Source: Gemmatimonadota bacterium (GTDB lineage Bacteria > Gemmatimonadota > Gemmatimonadetes > Gemmatimonadales > GWC2-71-9). From it: DNA of 27,642 nucleotides. The notes under the pieces are model-generated. The model made no database searches. It saw only the letters and a list, made by a program, of their open reading frames with translations, and was not told the DNA's origin. Location: contig JBDHAB010000037.1 in assembly GCA_039588295.1 (NCBI GenBank), positions 1 through 27,642 on the forward strand. The letters are read 5' to 3'. Each line of letters starts with the position of its first letter. Position 1 is the first letter of the stretch. The position numbers and the translations under genes were made by a program. Shown here piece after piece: positions 17,440-25,293 of this stretch.

Positions 17440-19302
17440 GTGAGCGATACCAAAGATACGAAGAAGAAACTCGACCTCTCGGCGGTCTGGGGCGAGGCCC
17501 GGGAGATCATTTGGGCGCGACGCGGCCGGTTGGCGCTCGGCGGCGCGCTGATGATCGTCAACCGCCTGGCGGGGATGGCCATGCCGGCATCGTCCAAATG
17601 GCTGATCGACGACGTGATCAACAACCAGCGGACGGGGCTGCTCCTGCCGCTCGCCGCAGGTGTTGCCGCGGCAGCCCTGGTACAAGGCGGCACGTCCTTC
17701 GCGTTGGCGCAAGTCCTTGGGGTCATGGCACAGCGGGCCATTACAGACATGCGGAAGTCCGTGATGGCGCACGTGAGCCGCTTGCCGGTCAGCTACTTCG
17801 ACTCCACCAAGACCGGCGTGCTCATTTCCCGCATTATGCAGGACGCCGAGGGGATCCGAAACCTGGTCGGCACGGGACTCGTGCGGCTGGCCGGCGGGTT
17901 CGTCACGGCGGCAATCGGCCTCGTAGTGCTGTTCGTGCTCAACTGGACGCTCACGCTGCTCATCCTGGTCATCCTCGGGACCTTCGCAGCGTCGATGACG
18001 ATCGCCTTCAAGCGGCTGCGTCCCGTCTTTCGTGAACGTTCCAAGATCAACGCCGAAGTGACCGGGCGGCTCGCGGAGTCGTTGGGCGGGATTCGAGTCG
18101 TCAAAGCGTACGTCGCCGAGCGGAACGAGGCACACACCTTTGCGAAGGGTGTACACCGGTTGTTCCGGAACATCGCGAAGGCGATCACGGGGATTTCCGC
18201 CATCACCTCGATCACGACGGTGATTATCGGCGCAGTCGGAGTCATCATGATTCTGGTAGGTGGTCGGGCGGTCATCAATGAGACGATGACGCTCGGGGGC
18301 TTCGTCATGTACGTGTTCTTCGTCGGTCTGGTGGCAATGCCGCTGATCGATATCTCCCAAATCGGCACGCAGATCAGCGAAGCGTTCGCGGGTCTCGACC
18401 GCATCCGGGACGTCCGGCGACTGGCCACCGAGTGGACGGAGGACGTGGAGCGCGAACCGCTGAGCCGGATGGACGGCGCGATCGTGTTCGAGGAGGTCTG
18501 GTACGAGTACGAGGATGACGTGCCGGTTCTTCGAGGGGTGTCGTTCGACGCGCCACTGGGCTCGACGACGGCGTTGGTGGGGTCGAGCGGATCCGGTAAG
18601 AGCACGCTCATCTCGCTGGTCATGGCCTTCAACCGGCCCAAGACGGGTAGGGTCTTCGTCGACGACGTGGATCTGTCGACCGTCAGGTTGCGAGACTATC
18701 GAAGCCAACTGGGTGTGGTGCTGCAGGAGAACTTCCTGTTCGATGGGACCATCGCGGAGAATATCGCGTTCTCCAAGCCTCACGCGTCGCTGGAGGAGAT
18801 CAAGGCGGTATCGCGGATCGCGCACGCTGAGGAGTTCATCGAGCAGTTCGACGACCGGTATGACACGATTGTTGGGGAGCGAGGTGTCAAGCTCTCCGGC
18901 GGACAGCGACAGCGTATAGCCATCGCGCGAGCGATCCTGGCGGATCCCACCATTTTGATTCTCGACGAGGCGACATCGAGCCTCGACAGCGAGAGCGAAG
19001 CGGAGATCCAGGATGGCCTTCGCAGGTTGCGTCAGGGTCGCACGACGTTCGTGATTGCGCACCGGCTCTCGACCATCCGCAGCGCCGACCAGATTCTCGT
19101 CCTCGAAGACGGGGAGATTGTCGAGCGCGGCACCCATCAGAAATTGCTTGCCAAGCGGGGCCGATACCGCCAGCTCTACGACAAGCAGTACATGCTGGAG
19201 CATGACCGCTTCATCAATCCCGGTGAGGATTTCACGCCCGAGGGCGAGAAGCCCGTCGCGGAGAAACGCGACGCGGAGATCGGACTGCCGAGGAATCTCT
19301 AG
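17440..19302 (+). CDS. ABC exporter, fused permease/ATP-binding (MsbA/Sav1866-like)
   Basis: N-terminal transmembrane domain, Walker A GSSGSGKST, signature LSGGQRQR, Walker B ILILDEATS, IAHRLST. Confidence 0.95.
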   Translation: MSDTKDTKKKLDLSAVWGEAREIIWARRGRLALGGALMIVNRLAGMAMPASSKWLIDDVINNQRTGLLLPLAAGVAAAALVQGGTSFALAQVLGVMAQRAITDMRKSVMAHVSRLPVSYFDSTKTGVLISRIMQDAEGIRNLVGTGLVRLAGGFVTAAIGLVVLFVLNWTLTLLILVILGTFAASMTIAFKRLRPVFRERSKINAEVTGRLAESLGGIRVVKAYVAERNEAHTFAKGVHRLFRNIAKAITGISAITSITTVIIGAVGVIMILVGGRAVINETMTLGGFVMYVFFVGLVAMPLIDISQIGTQISEAFAGLDRIRDVRRLATEWTEDVEREPLSRMDGAIVFEEVWYEYEDDVPVLRGVSFDAPLGSTTALVGSSGSGKSTLISLVMAFNRPKTGRVFVDDVDLSTVRLRDYRSQLGVVLQENFLFDGTIAENIAFSKPHASLEEIKAVSRIAHAEEFIEQFDDRYDTIVGERGVKLSGGQRQRIAIARAILADPTILILDEATSSLDSESEAEIQDGLRRLRQGRTTFVIAHRLSTIRSADQILVLEDGEIVERGTHQKLLAKRGRYRQLYDKQYMLEHDRFINPGEDFTPEGEKPVAEKRDAEIGLPRNL

Positions 19303-19321
19303 GCTCTCGCACCGCACCCAT

Positions 19322-20806
19322 ATGTCTCGCGCCAGCGACATGACGCTCTATCTCGTCCGGATCACGGGCGAGTTAGCCACCAAGGCTCGGGGGACGCGCC
19401 GCCGATTTCAGCGGCAGCTCGTGCACAACCTTCGGGATGCGCTGGATTCCGCCGGGCTGACCTCTCGTATCGAGTCCCGCTGGAGCCGAATACTGGTCGA
19501 AACCTCAGACGCCAGTGCCGAGAAGGCGCTGTCCTCGGTGTTCGGCGTGAGCAGCTTCTCACGCGTGGAGGCACGGTTGCCGCCGGATCTCGACGCGATC
19601 GTGCGGGTTGGCGAGCAGTTGTATGCGCCGCGGGTGAAGGGGGGGACGTTCGCGGTGCGCGCGAGAACCGTCGGTCGCTATGGCTTCGGCTCCCAGGACG
19701 TCAATGTGCAACTCGGCGCCGCGCTCAACCCCCATGCCGAGGTCGATCTGAGCAATCCGGATCTCACGGTGGGGGTGGAGGTGCGCGACGACGAGGCGTT
19801 GCTGTTCAGTGGTCGGATTCCGGGGGCCGGTGGCTTGCCGTTGGGCGTGGAAGGCAAGGCCGCGTGTCTTATCTCGGGCGGGTTCGACTCTGCTGCGGCG
19901 GCTTGGCTCATGTTGAAGCGCGGTGTCGCGCTCGACTACGTGTTCTGCAACCTCGGAGGGGAAGCGTACGAGCGATCGGTCGTGACGGTCGCGAAGGTGC
20001 TGGCGGACACGTGGAGCTTCGGGTCTCAGCCCCGGGTGCATGTGGTTCCGTTCGAGGAGGTGGTGGCGGAGCTCAAGCGTGCGGTCCAGCCCAGGTACTG
20101 GCAGGTGGTTCTCAAACGACTCATGTATCGAACCGCCGAGGCCATCAGCCTGGAACTCGGTGCTGAGGCCATCGTCACCGGTGAGTCGGTGGGTCAGGTT
20201 TCGTCGCAGACGTTGGGCAATCTCCGCGCGATCGACCAGGTTGCGACGCTCCCCGTGTTCCGACCACTTGTGGGCCTCGACAAGTCGGAGATCATCGAGC
20301 ACGCCGAGCGAATTGGTACGGCCGTCCTGAGCCGGCACATTCGCGAGTACTGTGCCATCGTGCCGGACCGGCCCGTGACCCACGCCAAGCCGGCAGCCGC
20401 GATCGACGAGGAATCGCACGTCGACCTGACGGTCCTCGACCGGGCGGTCGCTGACCGGCGTGTCCTCGAGTTGCGCCGCTTGGATCCCGTGGACCTCGTG
20501 GAGCCCTACATCTTCGTCAGCGAGATCCCGGAGAACGCGATCGTGCTCGATTGCCGCGATCCGCACCACTTCCGTGTGTGGCATTATCCAGGAGCGGTGC
20601 AACGAAACCTCGACGACCTGGCGGCGCGATTCCGCGACCTCGACAAGAAAGGCAGGTACGTGCTCTATTGCAGCTTCGGCGTGCAGTCGGCCTATGTCGC
20701 CGAGATCATGCAGCGCCAGGGATACGAGGCGTACAGTTTCAAGGGCGGCATACGACAGCTCATGGCGTATGCACGGGACCGCGGCGTTGCGGTGACGAGT
20801 TCCTAG
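19322..20806 (+). CDS. thiI: tRNA 4-thiouridine synthase ThiI with C-terminal rhodanese domain
   Basis: GELATK, THUMP (TFAVRAR...VDLSNPD), GGLPLGVEGK, PP-loop ISGGFDS, TGESVGQVSSQT, EYC, rhodanese LYCSFGVQS. Start is ATG 19322 or 19340. Confidence 0.93.
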   Translation: MSRASDMTLYLVRITGELATKARGTRRRFQRQLVHNLRDALDSAGLTSRIESRWSRILVETSDASAEKALSSVFGVSSFSRVEARLPPDLDAIVRVGEQLYAPRVKGGTFAVRARTVGRYGFGSQDVNVQLGAALNPHAEVDLSNPDLTVGVEVRDDEALLFSGRIPGAGGLPLGVEGKAACLISGGFDSAAAAWLMLKRGVALDYVFCNLGGEAYERSVVTVAKVLADTWSFGSQPRVHVVPFEEVVAELKRAVQPRYWQVVLKRLMYRTAEAISLELGAEAIVTGESVGQVSSQTLGNLRAIDQVATLPVFRPLVGLDKSEIIEHAERIGTAVLSRHIREYCAIVPDRPVTHAKPAAAIDEESHVDLTVLDRAVADRRVLELRRLDPVDLVEPYIFVSEIPENAIVLDCRDPHHFRVWHYPGAVQRNLDDLAARFRDLDKKGRYVLYCSFGVQSAYVAEIMQRQGYEAYSFKGGIRQLMAYARDRGVAVTSS

Positions 20807-20876
20807 CGGATTGCAGGCCTGCCACCTCTCGGTCCGTTGAGACGGCGGCGGACATCACTGCGAAAGGATCCTCCCC

Positions 20877-22172
20877 ATGACCCAGCCTGAGGGCGTCGTA
20901 CAGGATCGCAGCCCACCACCGGTGTTCTATCGCTGGGCGGTGCTGGTCGTGATCAGCCTCGCCATGTTCGGCAACTACTACGTCTACGATGCCGTGAGCC
21001 CGATCGCCGACCTGCTCAAGGAGCAGTTGGGCTTCTCAGATCAGAACATCGGGACGTTGAACGCCATCTACAGCGTGCCGAACGTCATCATGGTTCTGGT
21101 GGGCGGCATCCTCATCGACCGGATCGGCGTGAAGAAGGCGACGTTCCTGTTCGGAGTGCTCTGTTTCCTGGGTGCGGTGATCACCGCGGTGACCGGAACG
21201 TTGTGGATCATGGCGGCCGGGCGCCTCGTGTTCGGGATCGGCGCCGAGTCGTTGATCGTGTCGGTGACGACGGCCATCGCGAAGTGGTTCAAGGGCAAGG
21301 AGCTGTCCTTCGCGTTCGGGGCCAACCTCACGATCGCCCGGCTCGGATCGTTCGCCGCCCTGAACTCGCCCACGTGGGCCAAACCCGCATTCGAGAACTG
21401 GCAGTGGCCACTCCTCATTTCCGTGGCGGTCGGCACGCTGTGCGTGGTGGGCGCCGTGATTTACTGGGTCATGGAGAACCGGGCCGAAGCGCGGTACGCC
21501 ATGGGTCGGGCGGGTGAGACGGACAAGGTGGTGGTGGCCGACCTGTTCCGGTTCCCCGTGCCGTACTGGTTCGTCGTGTTGCTCTGCGTGACGTTCTACT
21601 CGGCGATCTTCCCGTTCCAGACGTTCGCCGTGAAGTTCTTCATCGAGGGACACGGCACCACCCGGGAATTCGGTGGGTTCCTCTCCAGTCTCATCACGCT
21701 GTTCGCGATGATCTTCACGCCGCTGTTCGGACTCCTGGTGGACCGTGTGGCGCGACGATCCCTGTTCATGATGTACGGGTCGTTGCTCCTCGTGCCCGTC
21801 TATCTCTTGATGGCGTACACCAGCGTGTCGCTCTTCGTCCCAATGGCGATGATGGGTATCGCGTTCTCCCTGGTGCCGGCCGTCATGTGGCCCTCGGTGG
21901 CGTACCTCGTGGAGGAGCAGAAGCTCGGCACGGCCTACGGGCTCATGACCATGATCCAGAACATCGGCCTCGCCGGATTCAACTTCATGATCGGCTGGGC
22001 CAACGACTTCTCCGCTGCGAGTGAGACCAATCCTGGCGGCTATGCGCTCGGCATGTGGATCTTCTCCGTACTCGGATTTCTCGGGTTTCTCTTCGCGTGG
22101 CTGCTGCGTCGCTACGAGACCGGACCCAACGCGCACGGGCTGGAGACGATCACGGTGTCGTCGTCCGAGTGA
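20877..22172 (+). CDS. MFS transporter (MFSD1-like)
   Basis: About 12 hydrophobic segments, FGNYYVYD, GGILIDRIG, GRLVFGIGAES, WFKGKELSFAFG, LGTAYG. Confidence 0.9.
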   Translation: MTQPEGVVQDRSPPPVFYRWAVLVVISLAMFGNYYVYDAVSPIADLLKEQLGFSDQNIGTLNAIYSVPNVIMVLVGGILIDRIGVKKATFLFGVLCFLGAVITAVTGTLWIMAAGRLVFGIGAESLIVSVTTAIAKWFKGKELSFAFGANLTIARLGSFAALNSPTWAKPAFENWQWPLLISVAVGTLCVVGAVIYWVMENRAEARYAMGRAGETDKVVVADLFRFPVPYWFVVLLCVTFYSAIFPFQTFAVKFFIEGHGTTREFGGFLSSLITLFAMIFTPLFGLLVDRVARRSLFMMYGSLLLVPVYLLMAYTSVSLFVPMAMMGIAFSLVPAVMWPSVAYLVEEQKLGTAYGLMTMIQNIGLAGFNFMIGWANDFSAASETNPGGYALGMWIFSVLGFLGFLFAWLLRRYETGPNAHGLETITVSSSE

Positions 22173-22175
22173 GCG

Positions 22176-22218
22176 CACCTACCGCCTACCACCTATCACC
22201 TGGGTGGTAGGTGGTGGG
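22176..22218. repeat. Heptamer-built palindromic (REP-like) element, copy 1
   Basis: CACCTAC CGCCTAC CACCTAT CACCTGG followed by the inverted arm GTGGTAGGTGGTGGG gives a ~15-bp stem with 2 G:U pairs. 22189-22205 is the exact reverse complement of 27347-27363. Confidence 0.75.
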
Positions 22219-22492
22219 GCCCCCAACCGTTCATGGGGTGCCACGATCGTATCGCTCGACGAAAGAGCTACAGGTAACCTCGGGTATCTGCCGTTTTGGC
22301 CCCGCGCGATACATCGTGCCGCAGTTCACGCAATCTTCAGCAAAAGTTTACCCGCGTTAACTAGATTCTCCTGCGAGGTTCTGGGACCCGCACGTCTGCG
22401 GACTTTTTGCATACGGAAAGTCCCCTTTGTGCGGGGAGGGGAATGACTGTGTCAGTGCTTTGTCGTTGGGAACTGGAACCGGGAGAGGCACA

Positions 22493-23578
22493 ATGAGGAA
22501 CAAGCTGTCCATTGTTGCGGGAATTGCGTTCCTCGCGCTCGGCGCTGTAGGGTGCGAGGGGCCGATGGGTCCGCAAGGGCCGGCAGGATCCACAGGGCCG
22601 GAAGGTCCGGCTGGACCGACGGGGCCCGCCGGACAGGATGTGAACGAGAACTGCACCCAGTGCCACGTGAGTAACACGGAACTCTTCTCGAAGCAGGTGC
22701 AGTACTACACGTCCATTCACTACACCGGCGGAAACTTCGAGCGGAGCACGACGAGCTGCGCACCGTGCCATACGCACGAGGGGTTCGTGGAGCGGATCGC
22801 GACGGGTGCGCAGGTGACAGCTGCGGACATCGTGAATCCGTCGCCACAGAACTGTCGCAGCTGCCATCAGATCCACACGACGTACACCAGTGCCGACTAC
22901 GCGCTGACCATCGAGACTCCGGTCGATCTGTGGAACGCCTCGCACGGTCAGGTGGACTTCGGCAAGGGCAACCTGTGTGCCCAGTGCCATCAGGCGAGGG
23001 TCTTGAGCCCCGAGCCTGTGATTGGCGGTGCCGACGTGACCTTCACGTCGAGCCGGTACGGCTACCACCATGGTCCGCAGGGTAATGTTCTCGGCGGCAC
23101 CAGCGGCTTTGAGTTCACGGGAACGGCCACGATTGCCGGCGGTCCCAGTTCTCACGGAGCGGTCGCCGCGAACGCCGACGGATGTGTGACCTGCCACATG
23201 GCCGACCCATTCGGCAACCAGGCCGGTGACCACACGTGGAACATGGTGTACCTGTACCATGGTGGGCCCGAGGACCTCACGGCGGGGTGTGAGGTCGCTG
23301 GATGCCATGCCTCCGTGGCCGATTTCGAGATTCTCGGCACGCAAGCGGACGTTGAGGCAAAGCTCGACAGCCTGGGTGTGCTGTTACGGGCCATCGGGAT
23401 CGTGCAGCCCGCGCCCAGCGAGTACCGGGTTGCCGGCACGTGGCCGGCCGACGTAGCCGCCGCGGCCGTAAACTGGCAGATGGTCATAGAAGACCGCAGC
23501 AAGGGGATTCACAACCCGGCGTACGTCACGGCGCTGCTGCAGAACACCATCGAGGCGATGGAGCCGCTGGTTCCATAG
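22493..23578 (+). CDS. Multiheme cytochrome c lipoprotein (5 CxxCH + 1 CxxxxCH) with collagen-like N-terminal linker
   Basis: Lipobox AVGC, 9 G-X-Y triplets, CTQCH, CAPCH, CRSCH, CAQCH, CVTCH, CEVAGCH, and C-terminal EDRSKGIHNPAY. GGAGAGG RBS. Confidence 0.92.
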   Translation: MRNKLSIVAGIAFLALGAVGCEGPMGPQGPAGSTGPEGPAGPTGPAGQDVNENCTQCHVSNTELFSKQVQYYTSIHYTGGNFERSTTSCAPCHTHEGFVERIATGAQVTAADIVNPSPQNCRSCHQIHTTYTSADYALTIETPVDLWNASHGQVDFGKGNLCAQCHQARVLSPEPVIGGADVTFTSSRYGYHHGPQGNVLGGTSGFEFTGTATIAGGPSSHGAVAANADGCVTCHMADPFGNQAGDHTWNMVYLYHGGPEDLTAGCEVAGCHASVADFEILGTQADVEAKLDSLGVLLRAIGIVQPAPSEYRVAGTWPADVAAAAVNWQMVIEDRSKGIHNPAYVTALLQNTIEAMEPLVP

Positions 23579-23625
23579 CCAACGCACGGCAGCTCGCGTA
23601 GCTGTCCGGTAGGTTCAAATACAGC

Positions 23626-23670
23626 GGGCACCTGCCCTCGGGGCTTCCCGAGGGCCAGGCGCCTGTCTTT
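23626..23670 (+). terminator. Rho-independent terminator after the multiheme cytochrome gene
   Basis: Core stem GCCCTCGGG-GCTT-CCCGAGGGC (23634-23655), extendable, followed by TCTTT. Confidence 0.65.
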
Positions 23671-23750
23671 CATGCAGTGCGGTCTCCGCTCCGTTCCGAG
23701 GCACGAGCGGCGTGAACGCCGGGCTGCCACCCTGGCGCCGCTCTGGACGG

Positions 23751-24611
23751 TCAAAGCGTGGCGCAGACCCCCAGCGCGATCTGGGTGGTGCCGAGTCCTT
23801 GAAACTGTCCCAGAGGCGACGGTCCCGTGAGCAGCTCCGCGACCGCGCGCAGGGCTCGGCGCCCGCCGATCTTCGGCAGCCAGAGGCCAACCTGCAGGTG
23901 CAAGCGCGGACTCCAGTCGGTGTCCTGCTCCGACTGCAGATCGACCGCGGCAAACGGGCGCACGGCACCGTCGTCGCTGGTGGACTCGATCTGTGCCCCT
24001 GCCCGGACCGTCCAGCGCCCAGAGTCTTCTGGATGGACGCTGTAGTCCCAACGTGCACCACCGTACAGCCCCAGCGTGCCCAGGGGCCGCAGGTAGGCGA
24101 GCACGTCCACGCCGTCGCGAGCGAAGTTCTCGCCGTCGACGTCAAAGCGCCGGGCGTATTCGTCACCCAGGTGGCTGCTCGTGTGGTAATAGCGGAGTCG
24201 GAACCAGTGCTCGGCGCGGTGCCAGACAAACGGTACGGCGAACACCCAGTCCGTGGCGACCAGCTCCCGCTCGAGCACCTGCAGGCCAAACCTGGCAAAT
24301 GCCGCTGCCTCTACCCCGACGACGAGTCCGTCGCGAGTCGTGAGACCCGCGAGGAGATAGAGCGGGAGGGTGACACCCAGCGACACCTCCATCTCGACGC
24401 CGTCGCCCAGCGCGGTCGGGTTGTCGGTAACGCCGACCAGCTTGGCGGACGTCGCGGGATCGCGAGGCCCCGCCAGGAGGTGTGGCAGCAACTCTCGGGC
24501 CGGGAACAGCCGTCGGGCTTCCTGGGCCGTGAGCCGGCCTGGCAAAGCGAGGATCGCGAGTGCCACGAGGAAGGCGGCGCGAGCGCACGTTCGACTGGGT
24601 GAATGCTTCAA
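23751..24611 (-). CDS. DUF1207-like probable outer-membrane beta-barrel protein (paralog 2)
   Basis: Colinear with 6199..7044 throughout, with motif RLRYYHTSSHLGDEY. TTG start at 24611 follows AGGAGA, with a signal peptide to LTAQ. Confidence 0.7.
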   Translation of the reverse strand: MKHSPSRTCARAAFLVALAILALPGRLTAQEARRLFPARELLPHLLAGPRDPATSAKLVGVTDNPTALGDGVEMEVSLGVTLPLYLLAGLTTRDGLVVGVEAAAFARFGLQVLERELVATDWVFAVPFVWHRAEHWFRLRYYHTSSHLGDEYARRFDVDGENFARDGVDVLAYLRPLGTLGLYGGARWDYSVHPEDSGRWTVRAGAQIESTSDDGAVRPFAAVDLQSEQDTDWSPRLHLQVGLWLPKIGGRRALRAVAELLTGPSPLGQFQGLGTTQIALGVCATL

Positions 24612-24790
24612 GGTCTCTCCTGTTCTACATCCTTGGCGTGGCGGCGATGTCGTCATGTGGGAGGGAGGTGTAGCCACGCCGTCGCACGATTGGCTATCTT
24701 GGCCGCGCCAATGGATCGGCGTCCTGAAACAGCCCCGCGAAGACGGGGCGGCTGGTTTGAAGCGCCCTCGAGAGCCCACACGGAGGCCAC

Positions 24791-25291
24791 ATGCGTCACC
24801 GGATTCTGACCGTTCCGCTCGCCGCGTTCATTGCGGCTGCCTGTCAACCGGCTTCGTCGGACCTGACCGTCGCGCAACGTGAGACCATCACCGCCGAGGT
24901 GAATCAGGTAGTGGCAGACCTGTTCGATGCCATGAATGCCCACGAGGCCGACCGCGTGCTCGAGCATTACCTGAACAGCGACGAGTTCGCGTACGTGGGG
25001 CTCGTGGACATCCGAACGGGCTGGAACGGGTTCGCCCGTATGGCAGGACAGTGGTATCCAGCAAACCCGGACGTGACCTTCGAGTACCAGATTGCGCACA
25101 CCCAGGTGTTGAGTCCGACCGTGGCGCTGGTGGTCCTCCGCGGCAGCTCCACAGACGCCGAGGCGCTCGTGTGGACCCAGGTCATGGTCAACCACGATGG
25201 GCAGTGGCGCATCGCGCACGAGCATGAATCTTGGCCCCAGTGCATTGAGGCGCCCAAGCCGCATCCCATGACGGTTCCGGGTGGCGGCTAG
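24791..25291 (+). CDS. NTF2/SnoaL-like (DUF4440-type) lipoprotein
   Basis: GGAGG RBS, lipobox AAAC, LFDAMNAHE, QVLSPTVALV, GQWRIAHEHES. Confidence 0.8.
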   Translation: MRHRILTVPLAAFIAAACQPASSDLTVAQRETITAEVNQVVADLFDAMNAHEADRVLEHYLNSDEFAYVGLVDIRTGWNGFARMAGQWYPANPDVTFEYQIAHTQVLSPTVALVVLRGSSTDAEALVWTQVMVNHDGQWRIAHEHESWPQCIEAPKPHPMTVPGGG

Positions 25292-25293
25292 GG

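Noticed and set aside
14938..19341. Long alternative ORFs (14938..16680 +, 15233..16822 -, 17431..19341 -) and similar ones throughout the window
   Set aside because: They overlap well-supported genes and have the Arg/Pro-rich or antisense-type composition expected from high-GC codon bias.
22176..22218. CRISPR repeat or tRNA
   Set aside because: There is no repeat-spacer periodicity, no cas genes and no cloverleaf. It is a short palindrome with one distant partner.
22493..23578. Calling the multiheme protein NrfA nitrite reductase
   Set aside because: No CxxCK motif, heme number and spacing differ, and there is no nrfH or nrfBCD neighbour.
22493..24611. MtrAB-like porin-cytochrome conduit formed by the cytochrome and the adjacent barrel
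   Set aside because: The genes are convergent with a terminator between them, and the ~260-aa barrel is much smaller than MtrB-type porins.
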